In this document: piece after piece, positions 49,892 through 59,551 of the stretch | Numbering within the stretch: the first letter of the stretch is position 1 | Layout of the letters: each line of letters starts with the position of its first letter | From: Myxococcota bacterium | Lineage (GTDB): Bacteria > Myxococcota_A > UBA796 > CAJQPC01 | Assembly (NCBI GenBank): GCA_036229005.1 | Contig: JAZAMN010000073.1 | Span: forward strand, 32,001 to 96,000 | Length of the DNA: 64,000 nucleotides | Direction: 5' to 3' | The notes under the pieces: generated by a model | Told to the model about the DNA's origin: nothing | Database searches by the model: none | What the model saw: the letters and a program-made list of their open reading frames with translations, nothing else | Position numbers and translations under genes: made by a program

Positions 49892-51289
49892 ATGGACAAC
49901 CCCTACCGCCGCGCCTGGGCGCGTCGACGTGCGCACGAGCGGGAGCATGCCGGCCTCGGACCGGGGCTTCGGCGCTGGCTGCCCGTGCTGGGGCTGGGCG
50001 CCGCTGGACCCCTGCTCAAGCCGGTCTTCATGGCCTGGCTCGCCGAGCCCGCGGGCGGGAGCCTGCTGGAGCTCGCCGCGGACAGCACCCGGGTCTCGGA
50101 CGGGGTCGCTGGGTTGGGCCTGCGCCTGGGCATGCTGCTGGCCGGCGTGATGTCCCTGGTGACCTACACCGCGCTGGTGCGCGGCCCCGAGCGCGCCATC
50201 CTGGATCCCTTCCCCGCGCAGCCCCGGGCCCTGGTCCACTACCTCGCGCTGCGCTGCGCCTGGGAGCGCGTGTCCCTCCCCGTGGGGGCCGCCGCCATGC
50301 TGCTCCCCGTCCTGTTCGCCGGGCACCCGCTGGCCTGGGCGCTGGGGAGCCTGGTGGCCGCTGGGGGCTGGCTGGTGGGCCTGCTCGCCGGCTTCACCGT
50401 GCACCTGGGCAGCGTCTGGGCCGCCGAATCGCCCGCGCTGGCCGGGATCCTCAACCTGCTGCGCGGGCAGAACCCCAAGCTCCAGGCCGCGCTGATCTAC
50501 GGACCGGGCGTAGCCCTCGCGGTGGGGACCGCTGCGGTTTTCCTCGCCAGCGAGGGGGTGCGATTGGTGCTCGCGGGCCAGCCTGTCGGGGTGGTGGGCC
50601 TGCTCGCCCCCGTGGGCATCGGCCTCCTCTCCTTCCTCCCCGCTGGGGCCCTGGCGGAGCGCTACCACTTCCGCACAACCCTGCTGCTCGCCGAGGTCGA
50701 CGGCGCCTACGCCCAGGCCGAGCAGGACCCCGAGCAGGCCCGCCGCGTCTACCTGGACTGGATCGTCCGCCTCTTCCCGGCCGGTCCCCACGGCGCCTTC
50801 CACCTGGAGCTCCTCAAGGAGCTGCGTCACGGTTGGCGGGGCCTGCGCTCCTGGATCACCGGGGCCTGGGGCCTGGGGGGCCTCGCCGCGCTCGCTGGGT
50901 GGTCCTCGGATCCCCAGGCGTCCGCGCGCGCCCTGGTCATCGGGGCCGCCTGCCTGCTCGCCATCGCGTCGGTGGGGGTGCGCATCGGCAGCCGCGATCC
51001 CCTCTGGCTGGACCAGGCCCTCCCGCAGCGCCCCCGGATCCGCCTCAGCGCCCGCGCCGTCGCCATCTTCGGCTGGCTGCAGCCCATCGTCCTCTTGCCC
51101 TTCCTCAGCCTCGCCCTGCGGCAGAGCCTCTCCCAGGCCCTGGTCACCGCCGGGAGCTTGGAGTTTGCCGCGCTTCTGCTCGCCGCGATCTCCGCCGGCT
51201 TCTCCTCCTTGCGGGGGAGGGGGTGGGCGCCCTACCTGCTCTCAGGGCTGGCTCTCTGGGCCGTCCTCGTTGGAGGCAGCGTCTTCTGA
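49892..51289 (+). CDS. Multi-TM ABC exporter permease
   Basis: About 10-12 hydrophobic segments; stop overlaps the ATPase start (TGATG). Confidence 0.75.
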   Translation: MDNPYRRAWARRRAHEREHAGLGPGLRRWLPVLGLGAAGPLLKPVFMAWLAEPAGGSLLELAADSTRVSDGVAGLGLRLGMLLAGVMSLVTYTALVRGPERAILDPFPAQPRALVHYLALRCAWERVSLPVGAAAMLLPVLFAGHPLAWALGSLVAAGGWLVGLLAGFTVHLGSVWAAESPALAGILNLLRGQNPKLQAALIYGPGVALAVGTAAVFLASEGVRLVLAGQPVGVVGLLAPVGIGLLSFLPAGALAERYHFRTTLLLAEVDGAYAQAEQDPEQARRVYLDWIVRLFPAGPHGAFHLELLKELRHGWRGLRSWITGAWGLGGLAALAGWSSDPQASARALVIGAACLLAIASVGVRIGSRDPLWLDQALPQRPRIRLSARAVAIFGWLQPIVLLPFLSLALRQSLSQALVTAGSLEFAALLLAAISAGFSSLRGRGWAPYLLSGLALWAVLVGGSVF

Positions 51290-52011
51290 TGTCCGCGATC
51301 ACCGTCTCGGGACTGCGCAAGGAATACGGCCGCGTCGTGGCCGTGCACGAGGTCTCCTTCTCCGTGGAGCCCGGCGAGCTCGTCGCCCTCATCGGCCACA
51401 ACGGCGCCGGCAAGTCCACGACCATCAAGATGCTCACCGGGCAGCTCCTGCCCACCGCTGGGAGCGTGCACCTGGCCGGCGTGGACGTGGTCAAGCAGCC
51501 CGGGGAGGCGAGGGAGAAGCTGGGCTATGTCCCCGAGGATCCCCACCTCTACGACTACCTGTCCTGCCGCGAGTTCCTTGAGCTGGTCGCGTCCCTGCGA
51601 GGACAGGCTGAGATCGACCACGCCCTGGAGCTGGCTGGCCTGGGCGAGGACGCCGATCGCCTGATCCGCGAGTACTCCCAGGGCATGCGGCGGCGTACCG
51701 CTCTGGCCGCTGCGGTGGTCGGGAAGCCCCCGGTGCTGGTTCTGGACGAGGCCCTCAATGGCCTGGACCCGCCCTCGGCCTCCCGCGTCAAGGCAGGCCT
51801 GCGCGGTCTCTGTGATGGGGGCTGCGCGGTCCTCTTGTCCACCCACGTGCTGGACACCGTGGAGCGTCTGGCCGATCGCGTGATCATGCTGGCCCACGGC
51901 CGGGTGGTCGCCGACGAGCGCGTCTCGGAGATCGGCTCCGAGGGCCTGGAGCGCCTGTTTCTGGAGCGAATCGGAGCCAGTCATCAGGCTGGACCGGGCG
52001 CGGGCGCTTGA
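51289..52011 (+). CDS. ABC transporter ATP-binding protein
   Basis: GHNGAGKST, YSQGMRRR, LVLDEALNGLDP, STH. Confidence 0.93.
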   Translation: MSAITVSGLRKEYGRVVAVHEVSFSVEPGELVALIGHNGAGKSTTIKMLTGQLLPTAGSVHLAGVDVVKQPGEAREKLGYVPEDPHLYDYLSCREFLELVASLRGQAEIDHALELAGLGEDADRLIREYSQGMRRRTALAAAVVGKPPVLVLDEALNGLDPPSASRVKAGLRGLCDGGCAVLLSTHVLDTVERLADRVIMLAHGRVVADERVSEIGSEGLERLFLERIGASHQAGPGAGA

Positions 52012-52087
52012 GCGCCACCTGATCAATCTCATTGCGCCGCGGCCGTGTTTTCGTTAACCACCGGCGTCGCTTTTGGAGCACCCCCTC

Positions 52088-52393
52088 ATGGCCAAGAAGA
52101 GCAAGATCGCTCGCGATGAGCAGCGCCGCGCTGCCGTCGAGAAGTTCGCTGACCAGCGCGCCGCCCTTGTGGCCGTGTGCAAGGATCCCAACGCGAGCCT
52201 CGACGAGAAGCAGGAGGCCTACAAGGCCCTCGCCAAGCTGCCTCGCGATTCCAGCAAGACCCGCACCCGCAACCGCTGCAAGACCACCGGTCGTCCCCGC
52301 GCCTACCTGCGTGATTTCGGCCTGTGCCGTATCGCGTTCCGCGAGATGGCCCACCGGGGAGAGCTCCCCGGCGTCAAGAAGGCGAGCTGGTAA
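52088..52393 (+). CDS. rpsN: 30S ribosomal protein S14, long Zn-independent type
   Basis: MAKKSKIAR...LPRDSS.TR.RNRC..TGRPR...[11 protein letters not shown]; 101 aa; incomplete Zn ribbon. Confidence 0.97.
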   Translation: MAKKSKIARDEQRRAAVEKFADQRAALVAVCKDPNASLDEKQEAYKALAKLPRDSSKTRTRNRCKTTGRPRAYLRDFGLCRIAFREMAHRGELPGVKKASW

Positions 52394-52403
52394 GGAGCAG
52401 AAA

Positions 52404-52565
52404 ATGAAGGTCGTCAACTCCCTCAAGAGCCTCAAGCTCGCAGCCGGTGACACGCAGATCGTGCGCCGCCGCGGCAAGGTCTTCCTGATCTGCAAGAGCA
52501 ACCCCAAGCTCAAGGCTCGCCAAGGTGGAACCAGCAAGAAGGCCAAGCGCCGCGCCAAGCGCTGA
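52404..52565 (+). CDS. rpmJ: 50S ribosomal protein L36, type B (YkgO-like), with basic C-terminal extension
   Basis: [21 protein letters not shown]...[23 protein letters not shown] plus [12 protein letters not shown]. Confidence 0.93.
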   Translation: MKVVNSLKSLKLAAGDTQIVRRRGKVFLICKSNPKLKARQGGTSKKAKRRAKR

Positions 52566-52587
52566 GCACCACCTTAGGTTCAACAGC

Positions 52588-52620
52588 AAGAGGCTCGGCC
52601 AGATGGTCGGGCCTTTTCTG
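52588..52620 (+). terminator. Rho-independent terminator
   Basis: AGGCTCGGCCA-GA-TGGTCGGGCCT stem followed by TTTCTGCTTTCT. Confidence 0.8.
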
Positions 52621-52649
52621 CTTTCTGGCACCCCTGTCCCTGCAGCCCC

Positions 52650-54977
52650 GTGAGCGAGCCCATGAGCACCCCCACCGCGCCTGAGAAGCCTGAGATCCCC
52701 AGCAACTTCCTCTCGGACATCATCCAGGCCGACCAGGCCAGCGGGCGCTACGACGGCCAGGTCGTCACGCGCTTCCCGCCGGAGCCCAACGGCTACCTGC
52801 ACATCGGGCACGCCAAGGCGATCTGCACGGACTTCGCTCTGGCCAAGGCCTTCGGGGGCCGCTGCCACCTGCGCTTCGACGACACCAACCCCGAGAAGGA
52901 GTCGGACGAGTACGTGCGCTCCATCAAGGAGGACGTGCGCTGGCTGGGCTTTGACTGGGGGGAGCACCTCTACTTCGCCTCGGACTTCTTCGAGAAGATG
53001 TACGAGCTCGCCGTGGACCTCATCGAGCGCGGCCTGGCCTACGTCGACAGCCAGACGCTGGAGGAGATGCGCGCCACCCGCGGCACCGTGACCGAGCCGG
53101 GCACCCCCAGCCCCTACCGGGACCGCTCCGTGGCCGAGAACCTGGACCTCTTCGCCCGGATGCGCGCCGGTGAGTTCCCGGACGGCGCCCACGTGCTGCG
53201 CGCCAAGGGGGACATGGCCGCGGCCAACATGAAGCTGCGGGACCCGCTGCTCTACCGCATCCGGAACGTGGCCCACCACCGCCAGGGCGAGAGCTGGTGC
53301 ATCTACCCGATGTACGACTACGCCCACCCCCTGGAGGACGCCCTCGAGGGCGTGACCCACAGCTTCTGCACCCTCGAGTTCGAGAACAACCGGGACATCT
53401 ACGACTGGGTCATCAACAACGTCGACCGTGCCCAGCTCAAGACCCAGCCCCGGCAGTACGAGTTCGCGCGCCTGAACATCGGCTACACCGTCATGTCCAA
53501 GCGCCTGCTGCTGCAGCTCGTCGAGCAGGGCCACGTCAGCGGCTGGGATGATCCCCGCATGCCAACCATCGCCGGGATGCGCCGCCGCGGAATCCGCCCG
53601 GAGGCCGTGCGCCACTTTGTGGACCGCGTGGGCCTGGCCAAGGCCAACTCCCAGGTGGACGCCGAGCTGCTGGACGTCACCATCCGCGAGGACCTGAACC
53701 ACGAGGCCCGCCGGGTCATGTGCGTGACCGACCCGCTGCCCGTGGAGATCACCAACCTGCCCCCCGGCCAGGTCGAGTGGCTGGAGGCCAGCTACTGGCC
53801 CCACGACGTGCCCAAGACCGGTAGCCGCCAGGTGCCCTTCACCCGCAACCTGGTCATCGAGCGCGAGGACTTCGCCGAGGTGCCCCCCCGCAAGTGGCGG
53901 CGCATGACCCCCGGCGTCGAGATCCGCCTGCGCTACGGCTTCTACGTGACCTGCACGGGCGTGGAGAAGGACGCCCAGGGCGAGATCACCAAGGTCCTGT
54001 GCACCTACGATCCCGACAGCCGCGGAGGCACCACCGCCGACGGCCGCAAGGTCAAGGGCACCATCCACTGGGTCAGCGCGGACCAGGGCGTGCCCTGCGA
54101 GCTGCGGCTCTACGACCGCCTGCTCTCCGTGGAGAACGCCAGCTCCCAGAGCTTCCTGGAGGACCTCAACCCCCAGAGCCTGCGCGTGACCCGGGGCCTC
54201 ATCGAGCCCCAGGTCGCCAAGGAGCTGGCCGCCGCCCCAAGCGCGCTGCGCTGGCAGTTCGAACGCCAGGGCTACTTCTGGGCCGATCCCGTCGACAGCG
54301 CCCCGGACGCGCTGGTGTTCAACCGCATCGTCCCCCTCAAGAGCTCCTGGGGCAAGGAGGCCCCCAAGGCCGCGCCCGCGCCCAAGCCCAAGAAGCAGAC
54401 CAAGCCCAAGGCCCCCAAGGCCGGAAAGCGCCCCGAGCTGAGCCCCGAGCAGGAGGCCGAGGTCGCTCGACTCACGCAGATCGGGGCCCCCCGCGACGCC
54501 GCTGTGGTGCTCCAGGGTGAGCCGGCGCTCCTGGGCTGGTTCGAGGACAGCGTGGCGGCGGGTGGGGATCCCAAGACGGTGTCCTCGCTGGTGGTCAATG
54601 AGCTGCGACGGGCTGCAGGGGACCGGGATCTCGGAGCGTTGGGCTTCACCGGCGCGGAGCTCGCTGAGCTCGCCTCCCTCCTGGACGCGGGCACGATCAG
54701 CTCCAAGGCCGGGAAGAAGGTCCTGGGTGTGCTGGTCAAGGAGGGCGGCAGCCCCAAGGCCATCGTGCAGGCGCTGGGCCTGGCCCAGATCTCCGACCCC
54801 GCCGAGATCCGCCCCCTGATCCAGGGCGTCCTGGACGCGAACGCCGCCAAGGTCGACGCCTACAGGGGCGGCCAGAAGGGGCTGATGGGCTTCTTCATGG
54901 GCCAGAGCCTGCAGGCCAGCGGGGGCCGCGCCGACCCCCAGGTGGTCCGCAAGCTGCTGGTCGAGCTGCTGGGCTGA
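52650..54977 (+). CDS. glnS: Glutamine--tRNA ligase with C-terminal GatB/YqeY domain
   Basis: TRFPPEPNGYLHIGHAK, VMSKR, GWDDPRMPT, KVKGTIHWVS, QFERQGYF; tail GLAQISD...GFFMGQ...GRADP. Confidence 0.96.
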   Translation: MSEPMSTPTAPEKPEIPSNFLSDIIQADQASGRYDGQVVTRFPPEPNGYLHIGHAKAICTDFALAKAFGGRCHLRFDDTNPEKESDEYVRSIKEDVRWLGFDWGEHLYFASDFFEKMYELAVDLIERGLAYVDSQTLEEMRATRGTVTEPGTPSPYRDRSVAENLDLFARMRAGEFPDGAHVLRAKGDMAAANMKLRDPLLYRIRNVAHHRQGESWCIYPMYDYAHPLEDALEGVTHSFCTLEFENNRDIYDWVINNVDRAQLKTQPRQYEFARLNIGYTVMSKRLLLQLVEQGHVSGWDDPRMPTIAGMRRRGIRPEAVRHFVDRVGLAKANSQVDAELLDVTIREDLNHEARRVMCVTDPLPVEITNLPPGQVEWLEASYWPHDVPKTGSRQVPFTRNLVIEREDFAEVPPRKWRRMTPGVEIRLRYGFYVTCTGVEKDAQGEITKVLCTYDPDSRGGTTADGRKVKGTIHWVSADQGVPCELRLYDRLLSVENASSQSFLEDLNPQSLRVTRGLIEPQVAKELAAAPSALRWQFERQGYFWADPVDSAPDALVFNRIVPLKSSWGKEAPKAAPAPKPKKQTKPKAPKAGKRPELSPEQEAEVARLTQIGAPRDAAVVLQGEPALLGWFEDSVAAGGDPKTVSSLVVNELRRAAGDRDLGALGFTGAELAELASLLDAGTISSKAGKKVLGVLVKEGGSPKAIVQALGLAQISDPAEIRPLIQGVLDANAAKVDAYRGGQKGLMGFFMGQSLQASGGRADPQVVRKLLVELLG

Positions 54978-55029
54978 GCCCCGCGTCCGAGTTAGGTCCC
55001 GACCCCGCCACTCCTGGGAGAGTCAACCC

Positions 55030-55437
55030 ATGTCCGAGCCCACCTTCCACGCCTACGTGCGTCGCGACGAGCTGCCCCCCGTGTCCGAGATCGTGCGGGC
55101 CATGTCCTCGCGCGGCTGGCGCGTGTCCATCAGCGGCGTCGAGACCCTGGCCGAGGCCAGCGACGGCGCCCTGCCTGTGCAGGTCGATGATCAGGACACC
55201 GCGATCACCTTCAAGCGCCTCGAGGACGGCAAGGGCGAGTTCGACGCCCTGCGCAGCGAGCTGCCCCAGCACTTCGACCAGGAGACCTACAAGGAGGTCC
55301 TGCGTCAGATGGAGCTGCGCCTGAGCTTCACCGGCGACGCCGTGTGGGCCCGGGAGATGGCCCGCTCCGTGGCGCTGCTGTCCGCGGGGGCCTTCGAGAA
55401 CCCCCAGGACAACAAGCTGCTCTTCTACGGGCGCTGA
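55030..55437 (+). CDS. Hypothetical protein
   Basis: GGGAGAG RBS; GC3-rich codon usage; fills gap after glnS. Confidence 0.7.
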   Translation: MSEPTFHAYVRRDELPPVSEIVRAMSSRGWRVSISGVETLAEASDGALPVQVDDQDTAITFKRLEDGKGEFDALRSELPQHFDQETYKEVLRQMELRLSFTGDAVWAREMARSVALLSAGAFENPQDNKLLFYGR

Positions 55438-55509
55438 TTCCGCAGCGCCTGCCTTACTGAGCCCGCCTACTGGGCCTGACTGCTGGGCCCGACTGGTGGG
55501 CCCGCCCGC

Positions 55510-56166
55510 CTACACGGCCATCAGGGCCGACTGCAGGCGGGTGGTGTACGCCGCCAGCGCCATCGACGCGCCAGGCGGCATGCTCAGGAAGGACAGGGCG
55601 ACCTGATAGGGGAACTCCGAGTCCTCGGGGTCGCCGCTGCATCGGACCAGGCGCGCGCTGCAGCGCCAGGTCTGGGGGTCTCCGGGGATGCCCAGCTCCA
55701 CTAGGAGCAGGGAGCGCGCGGGCATCGGCTGGGGGCTGTGGATGCTCAGGCCCTCGACCGAGAAGTCCACGTAGGGGTCGGCGACCACCCAGTTGCCCTC
55801 GCAGTCCTTGCCCGCCAGGTAGTCCACGATCTCGGTGGGCGTGGCCTGGCGGATGCGCACCTGCAGCCCGCCGTTCATGCGGGGGAAGAGCCGGCGCTCG
55901 GAGACCTCCTTGGTCTCGGTGTCCAGGCGCAGGTAGTCGCGGCCCACCTGGACCACGGTGCCCACCATGCGGACCTGGTTGCCGCTCCCGGTGGAGAGCA
56001 CGAGGGTGTCGTTCAGCGCGATGCCGGCGGAGCCCTCGTGGATCCGCAGGGTCCAGCGGCCGTCGTCATCCTGGGTCGCGACGCCCTGCCGGAGCATCTG
56101 CCGGATGGCACCGGGCGCGATGATCTGCACCTCCAGGTGCTCGGTGAAGCTGCTGTCTTCCATCAT
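55510..56166 (-). CDS. PilZ-domain protein
   Basis: ERRLFPR and DFSVEGL match the PilZ RxxxR and DxSxxG motifs. Confidence 0.8.
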   Translation of the reverse strand: MMEDSSFTEHLEVQIIAPGAIRQMLRQGVATQDDDGRWTLRIHEGSAGIALNDTLVLSTGSGNQVRMVGTVVQVGRDYLRLDTETKEVSERRLFPRMNGGLQVRIRQATPTEIVDYLAGKDCEGNWVVADPYVDFSVEGLSIHSPQPMPARSLLLVELGIPGDPQTWRCSARLVRCSGDPEDSEFPYQVALSFLSMPPGASMALAAYTTRLQSALMAV

Positions 56167-56289
56167 GGGTCAAAGCCTCCGATTGCCCCCCTCAGCGGAT
56201 TCCGGGGCCCGGTGCTGAAGAGGCAACCCCGCGCCCGGGCGTGGTAGCAAGACCTCAAGTACGCCTCTCACCGGGCGATTCGGGGAGCC

Positions 56290-59200
56290 ATGTTTTCGAT
56301 CACCGCCTCGATCCTCCTGTCGGCCCTGCTGGCGTGCCGCAGCGCGCAGTCTCAACCCACGGCTCTGGACGACAGCCCAGCGGAGACAGGGGAGGAGGGG
56401 CTGGGGCCCTGCGAAGACCCGGGCTCACCCTCTCTGGACGGGGTGCTGACCATCGATCGTTGCTGGACCGTGGTCGCCAGCGAGGACACCCGACCGCTGG
56501 CCGAGGCCTGGATGTCCGGAGCGCTGCTCATGGGCTGCGAAGACGAGCTGCCGGAGATGCTGCTGTTGGCCTCGCCGGACCCCGACAGGCCCTTCATCCG
56601 GCTCGGACTGGACGAGAGCCTGGACGGTCAGGCCTACCGCATCCGACACGACGACAGCTCCCTCTCCATCACCGGCGGGAGCCTGCAGGGCCTGCGCTTT
56701 GGCCTCAGTGACTGGGTCGCCAGCCTGGACCGGGTGGACCTGGAGGGGGGCGCGCAGTGGCGGCCGGATCCCACGGACACGCTGAGCACGGGGCCCACGA
56801 CCTGCTCGGACTACGACGCCACGTGCGCGGACACCGAGTCCTGCTGGACGGAGACCGGGTGGACGCCCGTCGAGCGCGTGCTCTGGCGCACCCAGGAGGT
56901 CGACAACGCGCCCCAGGTGCAGGACCGCATCGCGTTCGCGAGCTTCAAGGGCACCCAGAACAGCCACTTCCTGCCCAACCTGGTCTACTCAGAGCTGGGC
57001 ACCTGCGAGAGCCCCCAGGACACCAGCGCCTTCTGGGAGGGCCTGCTGGGCTGCGACCGCCAATCCGAGGGCACCTGCCTGGAGGTCCAGCGTCGCCTGG
57101 ACGCCGTGGTCGCCGGGCGCTTCACCCAGGCCCTGGACGAGGGCCACCCCATGAGCGTGGGGGACTCCGTTGAGCGCTACACCGGCTGCGATGGGGCCCT
57201 GCTCTACCAGGACTTCGTGGACTACCTGGCCCTGCGCGGGGTCGAGCTCGTGCCCACCGTCTACGGCCTGGAGACCCGCATCCCGGGGACCCCCGTGGCC
57301 GGCCCGCGCATCTCGGACGAGGACCCCGCCGAGCTCTGGGGCGTCGCCGGGGACGCCACCCTGAGCCAGGGCCTGGGCCTCGCCACCACGCTCCAGGCCT
57401 GCGCGCTGGACGCCGGCACCTTCCTCTCGCCCGGGGACTGCTCGCTGCTGGACGAAGACGGCCACGTCCAGGGCCCGCTGTGGGTGAGCGAGCGCTACGA
57501 CGTGGACACCCTGGCGCCCCCCGAATCCGTGGGGGCCTGCGGTCCGCTGGAGCTCTGCGCCACCAAGTCGGCCTGCTGGGAGGCGGGCCCCGGGCACGAT
57601 GGGCAGGCGCTCTGGCCTGCGGCGGAGTGCAACAACCCCGTGCTGCGCTGGATCCTGCCCCAGGATGGCCGCTGGTACGCCCTGCACTTCGAGGGCGGCA
57701 TGGTCGAGAACCGCGACCTGCAGATCAAGCTGATCACCAAGGATATCAAGGGCTTCACCAACGTCATGGACGTGGAGCTGCTCTCCACCACCGACGCCGA
57801 GGGCGAATACCTCAACCCCCTGGACGCCGTCGGGGATGCCCGCGCCGTGCGCTACTCCGTGGTGTTCCGGGCCCCCGCCGCCCACGCGCGCCTCCAGGAC
57901 GCCTACCTGCAGATCATGGGGGCTCCCGGCGCCCAGGCCTGGGTCGACAACCTCCAGCTCGCCCAGGTCGAAGGGCAGCTCCGGCACGTCGACGCCGACT
58001 CCGTGCTGGGACCGGAGTGCCTGGTCGTGCACGACGCCGCAGAGGCTCCGCTCGCGGTGGACCCCTTCTTTGAGGGCCAGACCGGGGAGGTGCTCGGCGG
58101 CGCAGCCTTCCAGGCCGACTGCCTGTCCCCCGGGGAGCAGGTCCAGGTCGCCTACCGGAGCTGGACCCACTTTGGCCTGTGGCCGGGCATCGCCACGCGG
58201 CAGAAGACCTACACCTACAGCCCCGGCGTGTTCAACCCGCGCTACTGGGACGACGCCACCAGCCCCACCCGCCAGGTGCAGGCCATGGGCGCGCAGGACC
58301 CCGCGTGGATGCTCATCTCCGATCTGGGGGGGGAGGCGAGGGGAGTGGACCGCCTGGACCCCTTGGTCGACCTCCACACATCGCAGGTCCTCAGCGCCTT
58401 TGTGTGTCAGGTGGAGAGCGAGGTCTGTGAGGGCTGCGGCGACTGCAGCTCCAGTCTGCTGCCTCTCTCCGACCCCGAGTTCGCCCCCTGCGCCTGCGCG
58501 GACTGGGAGACCGACACCGGCCCCCGCCTGCTGATCGCCGGGGACATGTACAGCGCCTGGCACAACGGCGGCGACACCGACACCGTGCCCGTCCGCGAGG
58601 GCTATCAGGTCCCCCACGGCGGCGACTGGGAGGGCTCCTGGGAGGCCCGGCACGACCTGCCCTCCGACGCCGTCTTCCTGACCTGGTGGCACTACGACAG
58701 CCGCCGCGCCGGCAAGGCCGTCGGGGGGCAGGAGACCGCCCTGGGCTTCGTGCTGGACTACGCTGAGACCGGCCACGCCACCGTCGGCGCCTCCGCCTGG
58801 GACCCCGACAACCAGCGCGTCTGGGCCGCATTGGCCGCTGGCACCGACCGCACCCACGACCTCTCCGTCGCCGGCGTCGCGCAGTTCGGCTGGGGCAGCG
58901 ACGCCCAGGGCCCGCGGGTCATGGCCAACGCCGGGCGCTGGTTCTGGAACCCCGGCTGGTCCCACGTGGCCGGCTGGCTCCAGTCCACCGACGCGGGCAT
59001 GCCCGGGGGCGACGAGTCCAGCCAGTGGAGCGCCAGCGGCATGCACCTGGAGCCCTCCACCGGCGAAATGATCTGGCCCCAGGTCGGCGACTGGCAGGTC
59101 ATCGACGGCGACAGCGCGAGCTGGGTCGGCCCCATGCGCCAGGTCCGCTGGGAGGGGCAGGAGGGCGGCGAGCGGGTGCTCGTGCGCTTCTACGCCACCC

Positions 59201-59550
59201 TCCCGGCCGGGTGCAGTGTACAGACCACCTTTGCCCACGACGGCCCCAGCGAGGACCTGCTGTCCGTGACCATCACCCCCGACGCCCATGACCACCGCGT
59301 CTGGTCCGCCTCGGTGGACCTCCCCACCGGGGCCAGCTCGGTGCGCCCCGAGCTGAGCTTCACCGGCTGCGCGGGCGGGGTGCTCGATGCCGTGACCCTC
59401 TACGCCAGCCTCCCCGTCGTCGACTTCCCCTACGCCTGGGAGGGCGAGGGCTTCGAGGACTGGCCGGGCGAAGAGACGGTCGACGCGCGCTTCAAGATCT
59501 GCGGGGACGTGGAGACCTGGGACTGCGTGAATGGGGGGACGTGGGAGTAG
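56290..59550 (+). CDS. Large lipoprotein with GH20/hexosaminidase-like framework and inserted beta domains
   Basis: LLAC lipobox; QAYRI...ITGGSLQGLRFGL (GH20 domain 2-like); FVDYLALRGVELVP; LLIAGDM; LPSDAVFLTWWHY. Confidence 0.6.
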   Translation: MFSITASILLSALLACRSAQSQPTALDDSPAETGEEGLGPCEDPGSPSLDGVLTIDRCWTVVASEDTRPLAEAWMSGALLMGCEDELPEMLLLASPDPDRPFIRLGLDESLDGQAYRIRHDDSSLSITGGSLQGLRFGLSDWVASLDRVDLEGGAQWRPDPTDTLSTGPTTCSDYDATCADTESCWTETGWTPVERVLWRTQEVDNAPQVQDRIAFASFKGTQNSHFLPNLVYSELGTCESPQDTSAFWEGLLGCDRQSEGTCLEVQRRLDAVVAGRFTQALDEGHPMSVGDSVERYTGCDGALLYQDFVDYLALRGVELVPTVYGLETRIPGTPVAGPRISDEDPAELWGVAGDATLSQGLGLATTLQACALDAGTFLSPGDCSLLDEDGHVQGPLWVSERYDVDTLAPPESVGACGPLELCATKSACWEAGPGHDGQALWPAAECNNPVLRWILPQDGRWYALHFEGGMVENRDLQIKLITKDIKGFTNVMDVELLSTTDAEGEYLNPLDAVGDARAVRYSVVFRAPAAHARLQDAYLQIMGAPGAQAWVDNLQLAQVEGQLRHVDADSVLGPECLVVHDAAEAPLAVDPFFEGQTGEVLGGAAFQADCLSPGEQVQVAYRSWTHFGLWPGIATRQKTYTYSPGVFNPRYWDDATSPTRQVQAMGAQDPAWMLISDLGGEARGVDRLDPLVDLHTSQVLSAFVCQVESEVCEGCGDCSSSLLPLSDPEFAPCACADWETDTGPRLLIAGDMYSAWHNGGDTDTVPVREGYQVPHGGDWEGSWEARHDLPSDAVFLTWWHYDSRRAGKAVGGQETALGFVLDYAETGHATVGASAWDPDNQRVWAALAAGTDRTHDLSVAGVAQFGWGSDAQGPRVMANAGRWFWNPGWSHVAGWLQSTDAGMPGGDESSQWSASGMHLEPSTGEMIWPQVGDWQVIDGDSASWVGPMRQVRWEGQEGGERVLVRFYATLPAGCSVQTTFAHDGPSEDLLSVTITPDAHDHRVWSASVDLPTGASSVRPELSFTGCAGGVLDAVTLYASLPVVDFPYAWEGEGFEDWPGEETVDARFKICGDVETWDCVNGGTWE

Positions 59551-59551
59551 C

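Noticed and set aside
52018..52045. Zur/Fur box upstream of rpsN
   Set aside because: Only a half-site-like AATGAGATTGAT on the minus strand; no convincing palindrome.
55469..55505. Short ~13-bp repeats (ACTG[C/G]TGGGCCCG) between convergent genes
   Set aside because: Two to three degenerate copies in GC-rich DNA; too weak to interpret.
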